Below, in pieces: positions 19,484 through 28,930 of a DNA stretch of 64,000 nucleotides. The position numbers were made by a program, and so were the translations under genes. The DNA comes from an uncultured Clostridia bacterium (GTDB lineage Bacteria > Bacillota > Clostridia > TANB77 > CAG-508), in NCBI GenBank assembly GCA_947601495.1, contig CANQGE010000006.1:8190-72189 (forward strand). The letters run 5' to 3'. The stretch's first letter is position 1. The number at the start of each line of letters is the position of its first letter. The notes beneath the pieces are model-generated. The model made no database searches. It was not told where the DNA came from and saw nothing but the letters and a program-made list of their open reading frames with translations.

Positions 19484-19558
19484 TGGCTGGGCTGGCTAGA
19501 TTCGAACTAGCGCGTGCCAGAGTCAAAGTCTGGTGCCTTACCACTTGGCTACAGCCCA
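19484..19558 (-). tRNA. tRNA-Gln (anticodon UUG)
   Basis: Reverse complement TGGGCTGTAGCCAAGTGGTAAGGCACCAGACTTTGACTCTGG...GCCCAGCCA; cloverleaf with CTTTGAC anticodon loop; encoded CCA. Confidence 0.93.
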
Positions 19559-19572
19559 ATATTAAATTTTAG

Positions 19573-19650
19573 TGGGGTGGAAGATGGGACTCGAACCCAC
19601 GGTCTTCAGTGCCACAAACTGACGCGTTAACCAACTACGCTACATCCACC
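19573..19650 (-). tRNA. tRNA-His (anticodon GUG)
   Basis: Reverse complement GGTGGATGTAGCG...TCAGTTTGTGGCACTGA...GTGGGTTCGAGTCCCAT...CCACCCCA; extra 5' G typical of tRNA-His. Confidence 0.9.
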
Positions 19651-19680
19651 ATATATTAGGTGTTTTTACAACGCTATTTT

Positions 19681-19709
19681 ATTTTAAAACAAAATTAGCT
19701 ATTTGTCAA
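19681..19709 (-). promoter_or_regulatory. promoter of the tRNA-His/tRNA-Gln unit
   Basis: On the minus strand TTGACA (19704-19709), 17-bp spacer, TAAAAT (19681-19686). Confidence 0.6.
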
Positions 19710-19803
19710 TGTTTTTTAAGAAAAATAAAAATTACATTTTATTAAAAACAATTTTATGGTATACTAATATTATAATTTTCTATGAAATGAGGAAAAGCTA
19801 AAC

Positions 19804-20865
19804 GTGTCTAGTATTTTAGAAAAAATTGCTATAAATAAAAGAAATATCATAATAGCAATAATTGCTTTAATATTAATAACTTTTTCTATTATATTAATTT
19901 CAAAAATATATGCTTATATAAGAGATAACGTAGATGTTTCAAATGCTATTCATGGTGTTATTATAGAAGAAAATGTAGTTTTTTATAGAAGCCCAAAAGA
20001 ATCAAAATGGCGAGATATAAGAAATTTTGATTTGGGCGAATTTGTATATGTTTTAGAAACCAGAATAGATAAAAACGGGAAAGAATGGTATAAAGTAAAA
20101 GCAAAAGATAGAGTTGGATTTGTTTTAAAAGAAAAAGTAGATAACTTTAAATTTTCCGATGAAAATAAAAGAGTTTTGATGTCTGATGTTTCAAAGTTTA
20201 ACATAATTTATAAGCACTTTAAAAATTCAGGAGAATATGCAGCATTTTTACTAAATAGTAATATGAATTATGCATATATAAGAATAGGTGGAAGAGGGTA
20301 TGGTGAAGAAGGAAACTTCTATACAGACCCTAATTATAAGCTATTCATAGAAGCTTGTGAATATTTAAGAATGCCTTATGGATTTTACTATATAGATGAA
20401 GCAATAACTTTGGAAGAATTAGATGAAGAAGTTGAATTTGTTAAAAAAATATTAGATAAAAATAAAAGTTCTTTATGTTCTTTGCCACTAGTTATTGATG
20501 TTGAAGACCATGAAGGAGATGGTAGAGCAGATGAAATTTGGGAAGAAAGAGCAAGCCTTGTTTCAGAACTTGTAAATAAATTTAAAGAAAAAAATATAGA
20601 AACATTAATTTATAGTAATGCAAAAATAGCAAATGAATATTTATATACTATAGATTCTAAATTTTGGATAGCATATTATACTTTAGAAAATAAAATACCA
20701 GATTATTGGTATACAAATACAGACCAAGAGCCAGTGGAAAATGTAGAGTTTATGAATAAAGTAGTAGCTTGGCAATTTACAGAAAGTGGTGCTGGAGAAG
20801 AAATAGGAAAAAAGGTAGATGCAAGTTTAGTAGATAATTCTTATTTTAAAAAATTTGTGAAATAA
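19804..20865 (+). CDS. membrane-anchored SH3b + GH25-like muramidase (putative)
   Basis: N-terminal TM, SH3b-like segment (FYRSPKES...WYKVKAKDRVGFV), then GH25-like pattern DVSKFN...YAYIRIGGRGYG...GFYY...VIDVED; GTG start. Confidence 0.55.
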   Translation: MSSILEKIAINKRNIIIAIIALILITFSIILISKIYAYIRDNVDVSNAIHGVIIEENVVFYRSPKESKWRDIRNFDLGEFVYVLETRIDKNGKEWYKVKAKDRVGFVLKEKVDNFKFSDENKRVLMSDVSKFNIIYKHFKNSGEYAAFLLNSNMNYAYIRIGGRGYGEEGNFYTDPNYKLFIEACEYLRMPYGFYYIDEAITLEELDEEVEFVKKILDKNKSSLCSLPLVIDVEDHEGDGRADEIWEERASLVSELVNKFKEKNIETLIYSNAKIANEYLYTIDSKFWIAYYTLENKIPDYWYTNTDQEPVENVEFMNKVVAWQFTESGAGEEIGKKVDASLVDNSYFKKFVK

Positions 20866-20880
20866 TTAACTGGGGGAAGA

Positions 20881-22074
20881 ATGAGACTAAAAAAAATTAA
20901 AATTCTGATTTTTAATTTTATAATTTTACAGCTTTTATTTTTTAATATATGTTTTGCATATGAAATTTCAAATGAACGAATAAAGGTTGTGTTAAACGAG
21001 AATGATAAAATTCTTAATCATATTGAAGAAGAGCCAGAAGTTAAAATATATTCTGAATCAGCTATATTAATAGAAAAAAGAACAGGAAAAATTCTTTATG
21101 AAAAAAACGTTCATGATAAAAAGTATCCTGCGAGCACAACAAAAATATTAACAGCAATTATAGCTCTAGAAAATTGTGATTTGAACGAGACTCAAACTGC
21201 AAGTGCAGAAGCAATTAATTCGGTAAAATCTGGGTATTCAACAGCCAATATTCAAATTGGTGAAACATTTACAATAGGAGAACTTCTAGATGTTATGATG
21301 ATACATTCTGCAAATGAAGCAGCAAACATAATTGCAGAACACATATCTGGAAGCATACCAGAATTTGCAAAATTAATGAATGAAAGAGCAAAAGAATTAG
21401 GTTGTTTTGATTCAAATTTTGTAAATCCAAACGGAATGCATGATGAAAATCATTATTCAACTGCATATGATTTAGCACAAATCGCAAGACACTGTATGAA
21501 AAATGAGAAGTTTAGAGAAATAGTAACGAAAATGGAATGTAGTCTTCCTACAACAGATTTATGGCAGGAAGAAAGAGTATTTAAAAACACAAATAGCTTA
21601 ATGCTTTCAGATAATAGATACTATTATCCATACTGTAATGGAATTAAAACTGGATTTACAACACCAGCTAAAAACTGTTTAATTGCAAGTAGCAATAAAG
21701 ACGGATTTGAAGTAATATCTGTTATTTTACATGCAGAATCAACAGAAGATGGATTAAGTGCAAGATATTTAGATACAATAAATTTATTTGAATATGGATA
21801 TAATCATTACAACATAAATGACATTTTGGAAGAATATGATTTAATAGAATATAATAGTGATGGGCAAAAAAATAAAAGTATGATAGGAACGGTTTTTGAT
21901 AATGGTATAAGAAAAGATAAAAATAATAAATCTAATTTAGATAATTGGATAAAAATTATTGCTGGTATTTTAATTATTCTGTTAATTGTTCTATATTATG
22001 TGCTACAAAAAGTTTTAAAAGCAAAAAGATTAAAGTTATTAGCTAGCAGAAATTATAAAAATACATTACTTTAA
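20881..22074 (+). CDS. D-alanyl-D-alanine carboxypeptidase (S11, PBP5-type)
   Basis: SxxK (ASTTK), SxN (SANE) and KTG (IKTGFT) motifs; signal peptide and C-terminal membrane anchor. Confidence 0.88.
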   Translation: MRLKKIKILIFNFIILQLLFFNICFAYEISNERIKVVLNENDKILNHIEEEPEVKIYSESAILIEKRTGKILYEKNVHDKKYPASTTKILTAIIALENCDLNETQTASAEAINSVKSGYSTANIQIGETFTIGELLDVMMIHSANEAANIIAEHISGSIPEFAKLMNERAKELGCFDSNFVNPNGMHDENHYSTAYDLAQIARHCMKNEKFREIVTKMECSLPTTDLWQEERVFKNTNSLMLSDNRYYYPYCNGIKTGFTTPAKNCLIASSNKDGFEVISVILHAESTEDGLSARYLDTINLFEYGYNHYNINDILEEYDLIEYNSDGQKNKSMIGTVFDNGIRKDKNNKSNLDNWIKIIAGILIILLIVLYYVLQKVLKAKRLKLLASRNYKNTLL

Positions 22075-22081
22075 TTATAAA

Positions 22082-22126
22082 AAATAGAGATTGAACTAAA
22101 AAATTCAAATCTCTATTTTTTATTTT
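22082..22126. terminator. bidirectional terminator between convergent genes
   Basis: AATAGAGATTGAA / TTCAAATCTCTATT stem flanked by an A-run and a T-run. Confidence 0.7.
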
Positions 22127-22168
22127 ATCACAATATTCTTTCTATTATAAATATTAAAATTAAAAGTT

Positions 22169-24040
22169 TTATTTTTCTGAATCGGTTTGGTTTGGAACTT
22201 CAAATAGTGTAGTTAATTTATTCTTTTTATCAAACATATTGTTAAATTGTAGATAATGATAATTTTCTATTAATTCAGAATAATCAGTTTGTTCTGAAAA
22301 GTCATGATATAAACCAGTTTTATCCATATAGCCATTTCCAGTAATAATAGGTATTTCAGCTCTTAATTCATCAAGAAATTCTAGATAAGGTGTTTTTTGT
22401 AAGTTTGCAACGTCAAGAAGCAAAGAAGCCAAATAATTAGCACTAATATCTGTTATATCTTTATATTTTTCAGTATCAATATCATAATTTGCCCAAATTA
22501 TAAAAGGTGTAATATATTTTTTCTCAATAGCTTCTTTTGAAGTTGGATCTGCATAACTTTTTGAAAGAAGAGAATTGTAAAATTCATCTTCAACATAAGG
22601 TTGATGATCTCCAAAAAGCAAAATTATTGTAGGTTCTTCTTGATTTGAAAAATAATTAATTAAGTATTCTAAAGAACTATCTGCAATTTTTAAAAGAGAT
22701 AAATACTGATTTAACTTAGGATAGATTCCATTTTCAGCAATTACAGAGCTTTGAAAGTTTTCATCTGTGTAACTGCCATGATTCTGCATTGTTAAAGTAA
22801 AGTTAAACATTTTTTCATCATCTTTTTTATTTTCATATATGTCTATAATGTTTTTATATGTACTTAAATCGCTAGGATATTCTCTAATATAGTCTAAATC
22901 TTTAAGTGTGTTTATATGAAGAAAAGTATTAAATCCAAGTCTAGGATATGCTAAATTTCTATTATATCCTTGTGGGTAGTAACAATGTATTGCGGTTGTG
23001 TTATATCCTTGCTCTTTTAAAATTGATGCAAGTGAATAAGATTTTCTTAAAACATATTGTTGATAAGGAACGGTTCTTTTAGGAACAAATGCCATAGAAT
23101 TTGAAGTTAAAAATTCCCACTCACTGTTAGGTGTTGTTGCTCCAAAAATAGATACATGAAGATTTCCCTTTATAGTGTTTTCAGATAGAGAATTAAAGAA
23201 TGGTAAATATTCTGTGTTTGTAGAAAAATCTCCTATTCTTTTAAGCTCTGCAAAAGATTCATTCATTATCGCAATAATATTTGGATACTCAAAATCTTCT
23301 TCGTGCTCCACGATTGGAACTTCTATTGTTTTAGATAAATCACTTACAGAATTTATATCGTATCCTTCAGGAGTATGTATTATAAGATTTCTAGATTGCT
23401 TAAAAAGACTAGCAATTAAGCCATTATTATGGTATTCCTCTTTAGGATCCCAATTTTCATCTAATTTAAATATTTCTATCATATTTGTAAAGTAAAATGC
23501 ATAAGTAAATATTATAATAATAACTAGTACAGAAATTCTATAAATAATTTTAAATTTATTATTTTTAAAACTTGTAAAATTAACTTTTTTCAAAATTAAG
23601 AATGCAAGAAGGAAAAATATTATTCCTAAAATTAGCTTAAAAGATATGTGAAAAGTAAATGTTGGTAAAACAGTTAGGGCAACATTTAATGAAAAAATAT
23701 CCCATGGAACTAACGGAGTGCCTCTAAAAGCTGTTAAAAAGTGATTTACAAAGCCTACTATAAAAGTAATAATTGTAGTAACATATAAACTAATTTTAAT
23801 TTTTCCAGTAATAACATAAATAAATCCAATGATTAAATAAATAAGTAGAAAATTTAAAATCATTCTTCCACATTCAAAGATAAATTTTCCATTTGAAAAA
23901 AATTCGCTATATATGTAAATTAGAAGAGGTACAACAATTAAAGTAATAATTTTTTTAACAGTATCTTTACTAATTTTTATATTAAATTTTTTAAAATATT
24001 TTCCAAGCTTTTCCTTAATAACTTGTAGTTTATTTGACAT
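22169..24040 (-). CDS. LTA synthase family sulfatase-like membrane protein
   Basis: Five N-terminal TM helices followed by an alkaline-phosphatase/sulfatase-like domain (IMNESF, TTPNSEWEF, GDHQP); start moved to ATG 24040 behind AAAGGGGAAA. Confidence 0.7.
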   Translation of the reverse strand: MSNKLQVIKEKLGKYFKKFNIKISKDTVKKIITLIVVPLLIYIYSEFFSNGKFIFECGRMILNFLLIYLIIGFIYVITGKIKISLYVTTIITFIVGFVNHFLTAFRGTPLVPWDIFSLNVALTVLPTFTFHISFKLILGIIFFLLAFLILKKVNFTSFKNNKFKIIYRISVLVIIIIFTYAFYFTNMIEIFKLDENWDPKEEYHNNGLIASLFKQSRNLIIHTPEGYDINSVSDLSKTIEVPIVEHEEDFEYPNIIAIMNESFAELKRIGDFSTNTEYLPFFNSLSENTIKGNLHVSIFGATTPNSEWEFLTSNSMAFVPKRTVPYQQYVLRKSYSLASILKEQGYNTTAIHCYYPQGYNRNLAYPRLGFNTFLHINTLKDLDYIREYPSDLSTYKNIIDIYENKKDDEKMFNFTLTMQNHGSYTDENFQSSVIAENGIYPKLNQYLSLLKIADSSLEYLINYFSNQEEPTIILLFGDHQPYVEDEFYNSLLSKSYADPTSKEAIEKKYITPFIIWANYDIDTEKYKDITDISANYLASLLLDVANLQKTPYLEFLDELRAEIPIITGNGYMDKTGLYHDFSEQTDYSELIENYHYLQFNNMFDKKNKLTTLFEVPNQTDSEK

Positions 24041-24252
24041 TTTATTTCCCCTTTTAAAATTAGCTTGTAAATAAATTACATTTCTATTAAAATAATATAA
24101 CATAAATTTTAATAAAAGTGAAGTAAAAAAGTTTTTAATTTTTAAAATTTTAAAACGCATGAAACACATGACTTTAAAGACTTTTTAAGGTAAAAAAGAA
24201 GTACACATAAAAAATTTATATAAATACAAATGTAATCATTTTGAAAAAATTC

Positions 24253-24319
24253 TGTGAATAAATTGTGTCGAAAAAAGTATTAAATATAGTTATTCACAGG
24301 GTTATCCACATTATCCACA
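24253..24319. promoter_or_regulatory. cluster of four DnaA boxes
   Basis: TGTGAATAA (24253-24261, inverted), TTATTCACA (24290-24298), TTATCCACA (24302-24310), TTATCCACA (24311-24319); the last two match the consensus exactly and are tandem. Confidence 0.7.
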
Positions 24320-24472
24320 ATTAACTTTTTTCATAAATTAAGTTTTCATAAAGCAAATTTACTTAACATAAAATATTTTTTATATAAAAAATTAAATTAT
24401 TGAATAATTTGTAAAACTGTGATATAGAAATATTATAGAAAAGCATATTTAGAAAGAGAAAGGAAATATTTT

Positions 24473-25093
24473 ATGAACTATTATTTAGATTTTGATAATA
24501 CTTTATATGAAACATCTAAGCTAACTGCAAGAATGTTAGAGAAAATTGCAAATTTTGTTTTAGAAAAAAGTGAAAATGTTGGCGAAGAAATATTTAATGA
24601 AGTAACTCAAAACTTTAATTCTACAACAGGCAATATTTTTCTATATGCAGAGAGCATTGCTGCTAAATATAATTTAGATAAAGATGAAATAAAATTACAT
24701 ATAAAAAATATAATTGACAATGGAGAGGATATGGTCTTTGAAGATGCTAAGAGATTTTTAGAAAGATTAAAATCTAATGGGCATAAAATAATTCTTTTAA
24801 CATATGTTCCAGATGAGAAAAACAAAGATTATCAAAACGAAAAAATAATAGGCTCTGGTTTAAAAGAATATTTTGACAAAATAATAATAACATCAGAATA
24901 TAAATTCACAATTGATTTAGACTATAAAAATGGAATTTTTATAGATGACGATCCTAGAGACCTATTAGGACTTTATGAAAAAAATCCAATTAAAGTTATA
25001 AGAATTAGAAAGAAAAATAATAAAAGATCAAAAATAGATATAGAAAATAAAGATATTCTAGAATATGAATCTTTTGATGATATTGAAATTTAA
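24473..25093 (+). CDS. HAD-superfamily hydrolase
   Basis: Motif I DFDNT at the N-terminus (YLDFDNTLY), motif IV-like FIDDDPRD. Confidence 0.65.
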   Translation: MNYYLDFDNTLYETSKLTARMLEKIANFVLEKSENVGEEIFNEVTQNFNSTTGNIFLYAESIAAKYNLDKDEIKLHIKNIIDNGEDMVFEDAKRFLERLKSNGHKIILLTYVPDEKNKDYQNEKIIGSGLKEYFDKIIITSEYKFTIDLDYKNGIFIDDDPRDLLGLYEKNPIKVIRIRKKNNKRSKIDIENKDILEYESFDDIEI

Positions 25094-25154
25094 AAACATG
25101 AATAATTACACTGCATATATTGACTTTGATGAATAATTATTGTAAAATAAGTAA

Positions 25155-25366
25155 CGTAAATTATATGAATTGCGTTGAAAAAGAGGAAATATATAATAAA
25201 AAAATTTAAAGTGAGTTTGTGCCAGTGAGAAACAAATAATTTTTAATATATTTTGGAACTTTGGAGCAATATTAATTAAGGTGGGTATTTTTAAAATACC
25301 AATTAGGGTGGAACCGCGTAAGTAGAACTTACGTCCCTAGCTTTATGCTAAGGATGTAAGTTTTTT
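25155..25366 (+). promoter_or_regulatory. T-box leader (glycine, specifier GGA) with terminator
   Basis: Promoter TTGACT(25120)-17-TAAAAT(25143); TTGCGTTGA...AGTGAG stem I elements; UUUGGAACUUUGGAGCA specifier context (GGA 25255-25257); T-box AATTAGGGTGGAACCGCG 25301-25318; terminator hairpin 25328-25366. Confidence 0.88.
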
Positions 25367-25442
25367 GTTTTGCAAAAAACTTATCCTTAGAAAATATGAA
25401 GAAAGCCATATCTTCATAAAAAATAAAGAGGAGGTTTTAATT

Positions 25443-26825
25443 ATGGTAGAATCAATGGAAAAAATTGTAAGTTTATGCAAGTCTAGAGGATATATATATC
25501 CTGGTTCAGAAATTTATGGAGGTTTAGCAAATACTTGGGATTATGGCCCTTTAGGAGTGGAATTAAAAAATAATGTAAAAAAAGCCTGGCTTAAAAAATT
25601 TGTGCAAGAAAGCAAATACAATGTAGGCTTAGATACAGCAATACTTATGAATCCAGAAACATGGGTAGCATCTGGACATGTTGGAGGTTTTTCAGATCCA
25701 CTTATTGATTGCAAAGAATGCAAAACAAGACATAGAGCAGATAAACTTATTGAAGAATGGGCACATGCAAATGGAAGAGATATGATTGCTGATGGAATGT
25801 CAGATGAAGCAATGGTTAATTTCATAAATGAAAATAAAATAGTATGCCCAAGTTGTGGAAAATTAAATTTCACATCAATTAGAAAATTTAATTTAATGTT
25901 CAAAACATTTCAAGGTGTAACAGAAGATTCTAAAGCAGAAATATTTTTAAGACCAGAAACTGCACAAGGAATATTTGTAAACTTTAAAAATGTACAAAGA
26001 ACAACAAGAAGAAAAATACCAATGGGAATTGCTCAAATTGGTAAAGCATTTAGAAATGAAATAACACCTGGAAACTTTACTTTTAGAACAAGAGAATTTG
26101 AGCAAATGGAGCTTGAATTTTTCTGCAAACCAGGAACAGATATGGAATGGTTTGACTATTGGAGAAAATATTGCAAGCAATTCTTATTAAATTTAGGAAT
26201 TGAAGAAAAGAATATAAGATTAAGAGACCACTCTCCAGAAGAATTAGTTTTTTATAGCAAAGGTACAACAGACATAGAATTTGCTTTCCCATTTGGATGG
26301 GGAGAATTATGGGGAATTGCTGATAGAACAGATTATGATTTGTCAAGACATATGGAACATTCAAAACAAGATTTAACATATTTAGACCCAGAAACAAATG
26401 AAAAATATGTGCCATACTGTATTGAACCATCACTTGGTGCAGATAGAGTAACACTTGCATTTTTATGCAATAGCTATTTTGAAGAAGAGGTAGGAGAAGG
26501 AGATGTTAGAACTGTACTTAAATTACATCCATTTTTAGCACCTTATAAAGTTGCTGTTTTACCATTATCTAAAAAATTATCAGAAAAAGCAGATGAAGTA
26601 TATACAGAGCTTTCAAAACATTTTATGTGTGATTATGATGAGGCAGGAAGCATAGGAAAAAGATATAGAAGAGAAGATGAAATAGGAACACCTTATTGTG
26701 TTACAATAGATTTCGACACATTAGAAGATGGATGTGTTACAGTAAGATATAGAGACACTATGGAACAAGTAAGAATTAAAATTGAAGAAGTAAAAAATTA
26801 TATAGAAGAAAAAATAAATTTCTAA
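25443..26825 (+). CDS. glyQS: glycine--tRNA ligase (dimeric GlyQS type)
   Basis: [34 protein letters not shown], class II motifs; start moved to ATG 25443 behind AAAGAGGAGG. Confidence 0.93.
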   Translation: MVESMEKIVSLCKSRGYIYPGSEIYGGLANTWDYGPLGVELKNNVKKAWLKKFVQESKYNVGLDTAILMNPETWVASGHVGGFSDPLIDCKECKTRHRADKLIEEWAHANGRDMIADGMSDEAMVNFINENKIVCPSCGKLNFTSIRKFNLMFKTFQGVTEDSKAEIFLRPETAQGIFVNFKNVQRTTRRKIPMGIAQIGKAFRNEITPGNFTFRTREFEQMELEFFCKPGTDMEWFDYWRKYCKQFLLNLGIEEKNIRLRDHSPEELVFYSKGTTDIEFAFPFGWGELWGIADRTDYDLSRHMEHSKQDLTYLDPETNEKYVPYCIEPSLGADRVTLAFLCNSYFEEEVGEGDVRTVLKLHPFLAPYKVAVLPLSKKLSEKADEVYTELSKHFMCDYDEAGSIGKRYRREDEIGTPYCVTIDFDTLEDGCVTVRYRDTMEQVRIKIEEVKNYIEEKINF

Positions 26826-26845
26826 AAAAATTATTGGAGAAAAAA

Positions 26846-28543
26846 ATGAATATAATATCTTCTAAAGAACAAGTAAGTCGTATGGCTGATGGAATTAATA
26901 CAATTCTATCACTACCAGAAGAAGAATATAAAATGTTTATAAAAAGAATGTGGCCAAGTGAAAGCATTGAAGAATTACGCTTTTTTTATCTAACAGATAA
27001 ATGTGAAATGCCAACAAACCCAACTCAAATAGGACTAGAAAAAATGCATGATGAAGATTATCATTTTATAGCCAGAGGATATTTTGGTGGAGAAAACTTT
27101 TCAATGCATGAAATATTGGAACATTGCAAAAGTATATTAAATAATTATCCTACAGACTCAATAGAATATTCTAGAATAAGTGAAATTATTCAATCAAGAG
27201 GTTTAGAAGCATTTAAACAGCTTTATTCTGATAAAAATGGTTTTAATTCTCAAGTAGTTGATAAAGCTTTTCAAATATTACTAGATGATGATATGCTTTC
27301 AAAATTTTTAAATTACAATGAAAATAAAGAAGCATTTGAAATTGAAGGAGAAGAAATATCACAACTTGATTATTTAAAAGTGTTAGGAAAAATTTTAGGA
27401 AAAAGAAATGACCAGGGCGAATTAAATTTAGAAAAAAGAATTTCAAAAGACTTTTTAATACCAGAATTTGAAGGAATAAAAAATAGATATTTTCAAATTT
27501 TAGATAATATAAATATGGATAGATTTTCAAATCCCAAATATACTTTTACAGAAGTAGAACGATTTGACGAAAAAATTATTAGAGAAGGAGATGAGCCAGA
27601 TTGGGCAATTTCTCCAGAAGTTTATCAAGAAATTTTTCAAGATATGCCACAAGATTTATCTTTAGAAGAAAAAGCAATGTATATCTATTGCAAAATGTGT
27701 CAAGTATTTCAATATGATGAAGGATATGCCTATAAAAATAGATTAAATAAAGTGAATTATGAATCCACTTTTTCAAAAGAACATTTGGAAAGTTTAAAAC
27801 CTGGAGACAAAGTTACATGCTATGATTTTGCAAGAATGTATGCAAAATTAATTAATGAACTTGATGGAGATATAACAGCTGTAATGATTTTACAAGGAAT
27901 AAATGAAGGACATGCGTTAGCCGGATTTTATACTGAAAATGTATCAGCAACAGTTGAGGCTATAAATATTAACTCTAATACGGATGCTACAAATGATTTA
28001 ATGAAAGCAAAAAATGGTATAAAATTAAGTGGAATAAAACCTATTTCTGATAGAAAAGGTATTTTAGAGAAAGCTATTAATAAAGTATATTCACAAATCT
28101 TAGGAGAAAAGCCAAAATCAATAAAAGAGTATATAGAACATTTAAGAAGCACTCAGCAAGAGCAAGATGTGCCAGAAGATATAGCTTTAAGATTACAATC
28201 TTTCTTAGAAGTTATGAAATCAAAACAAATATCTGGAAACGAGCTTACTCAAACTTTATGGGGAATAAATAAAACAAAATGGTTTAGAAATGCTCAATTA
28301 GAAATGGCATATTTAGGAGAATTAAGAGAAGATGAAAAAAGATACAAGCGTCACATTTTACTAAGACAAAAAGATAAAGAGGCAAGAGCTAATCCAAGAG
28401 AAGTATATTTAATAGATACAGATACTTTAGATTTTACAATATCTTCAGAAGAGGAAATTATTGCTAAATTAAATTCAGGTGAATTAATTTATGAAAGAAA
28501 AGATCATAAACTTCCTGGAATAGATAAGGAGGAAGATAGATGA
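26846..28543 (+). CDS. hypothetical protein with possible transglutaminase-like core
   Basis: KVTCYDFARMYAKLINEL ... NEGHALAGFY resembles the Cys/His core; start moved to ATG 26846 behind GGAG. Confidence 0.5.
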   Translation: MNIISSKEQVSRMADGINTILSLPEEEYKMFIKRMWPSESIEELRFFYLTDKCEMPTNPTQIGLEKMHDEDYHFIARGYFGGENFSMHEILEHCKSILNNYPTDSIEYSRISEIIQSRGLEAFKQLYSDKNGFNSQVVDKAFQILLDDDMLSKFLNYNENKEAFEIEGEEISQLDYLKVLGKILGKRNDQGELNLEKRISKDFLIPEFEGIKNRYFQILDNINMDRFSNPKYTFTEVERFDEKIIREGDEPDWAISPEVYQEIFQDMPQDLSLEEKAMYIYCKMCQVFQYDEGYAYKNRLNKVNYESTFSKEHLESLKPGDKVTCYDFARMYAKLINELDGDITAVMILQGINEGHALAGFYTENVSATVEAININSNTDATNDLMKAKNGIKLSGIKPISDRKGILEKAINKVYSQILGEKPKSIKEYIEHLRSTQQEQDVPEDIALRLQSFLEVMKSKQISGNELTQTLWGINKTKWFRNAQLEMAYLGELREDEKRYKRHILLRQKDKEARANPREVYLIDTDTLDFTISSEEEIIAKLNSGELIYERKDHKLPGIDKEEDR

Positions 28544-28863
28544 CTGAACTAAATGAATTAAAATTAATTAATGAATCAAACATAGTATATTTAAAAAAAG
28601 TAAATGCTAATTATGAAAGAAATGAAATAATAAAAAATATTTTAGAAGATGAAGCATGCTTTTTTAAAATGAGCAAAGATGATGCGTATTTAATTTTACA
28701 AGATATAGGAATTCTAAATGAGGAAGTTGAAAACACATATCAAAAATTAATATCATTTGATGAATTTTATAGATTATTTAAATGTAAGAAAATTGATTTA
28801 AATGATAAAGAAATAGTAATAAAATATCCAATTTATAATGCAGATGATGTATTTAAAAATTAA
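28540..28863 (+). CDS. hypothetical protein, 107 aa, translationally coupled
   Basis: AAGGAGG RBS inside the upstream gene; ATGA stop/start overlap. Confidence 0.55.
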   Translation: MTELNELKLINESNIVYLKKVNANYERNEIIKNILEDEACFFKMSKDDAYLILQDIGILNEEVENTYQKLISFDEFYRLFKCKKIDLNDKEIVIKYPIYNADDVFKN

Positions 28864-28869
28864 AACAAT

Positions 28870-28929
28870 AAAAAATATATGCTTTGAAGTGCACATTTTT
28901 AAGCTCACTTCAAAAGCATATATTTTTTT
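28870..28929. terminator. bidirectional terminator
   Basis: About 20-bp stem AAAAATATATGCTTTGAAGTG / CACTTCAAAAGCATATATTTTT. Confidence 0.75.
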
Positions 28930-28930
28930 G

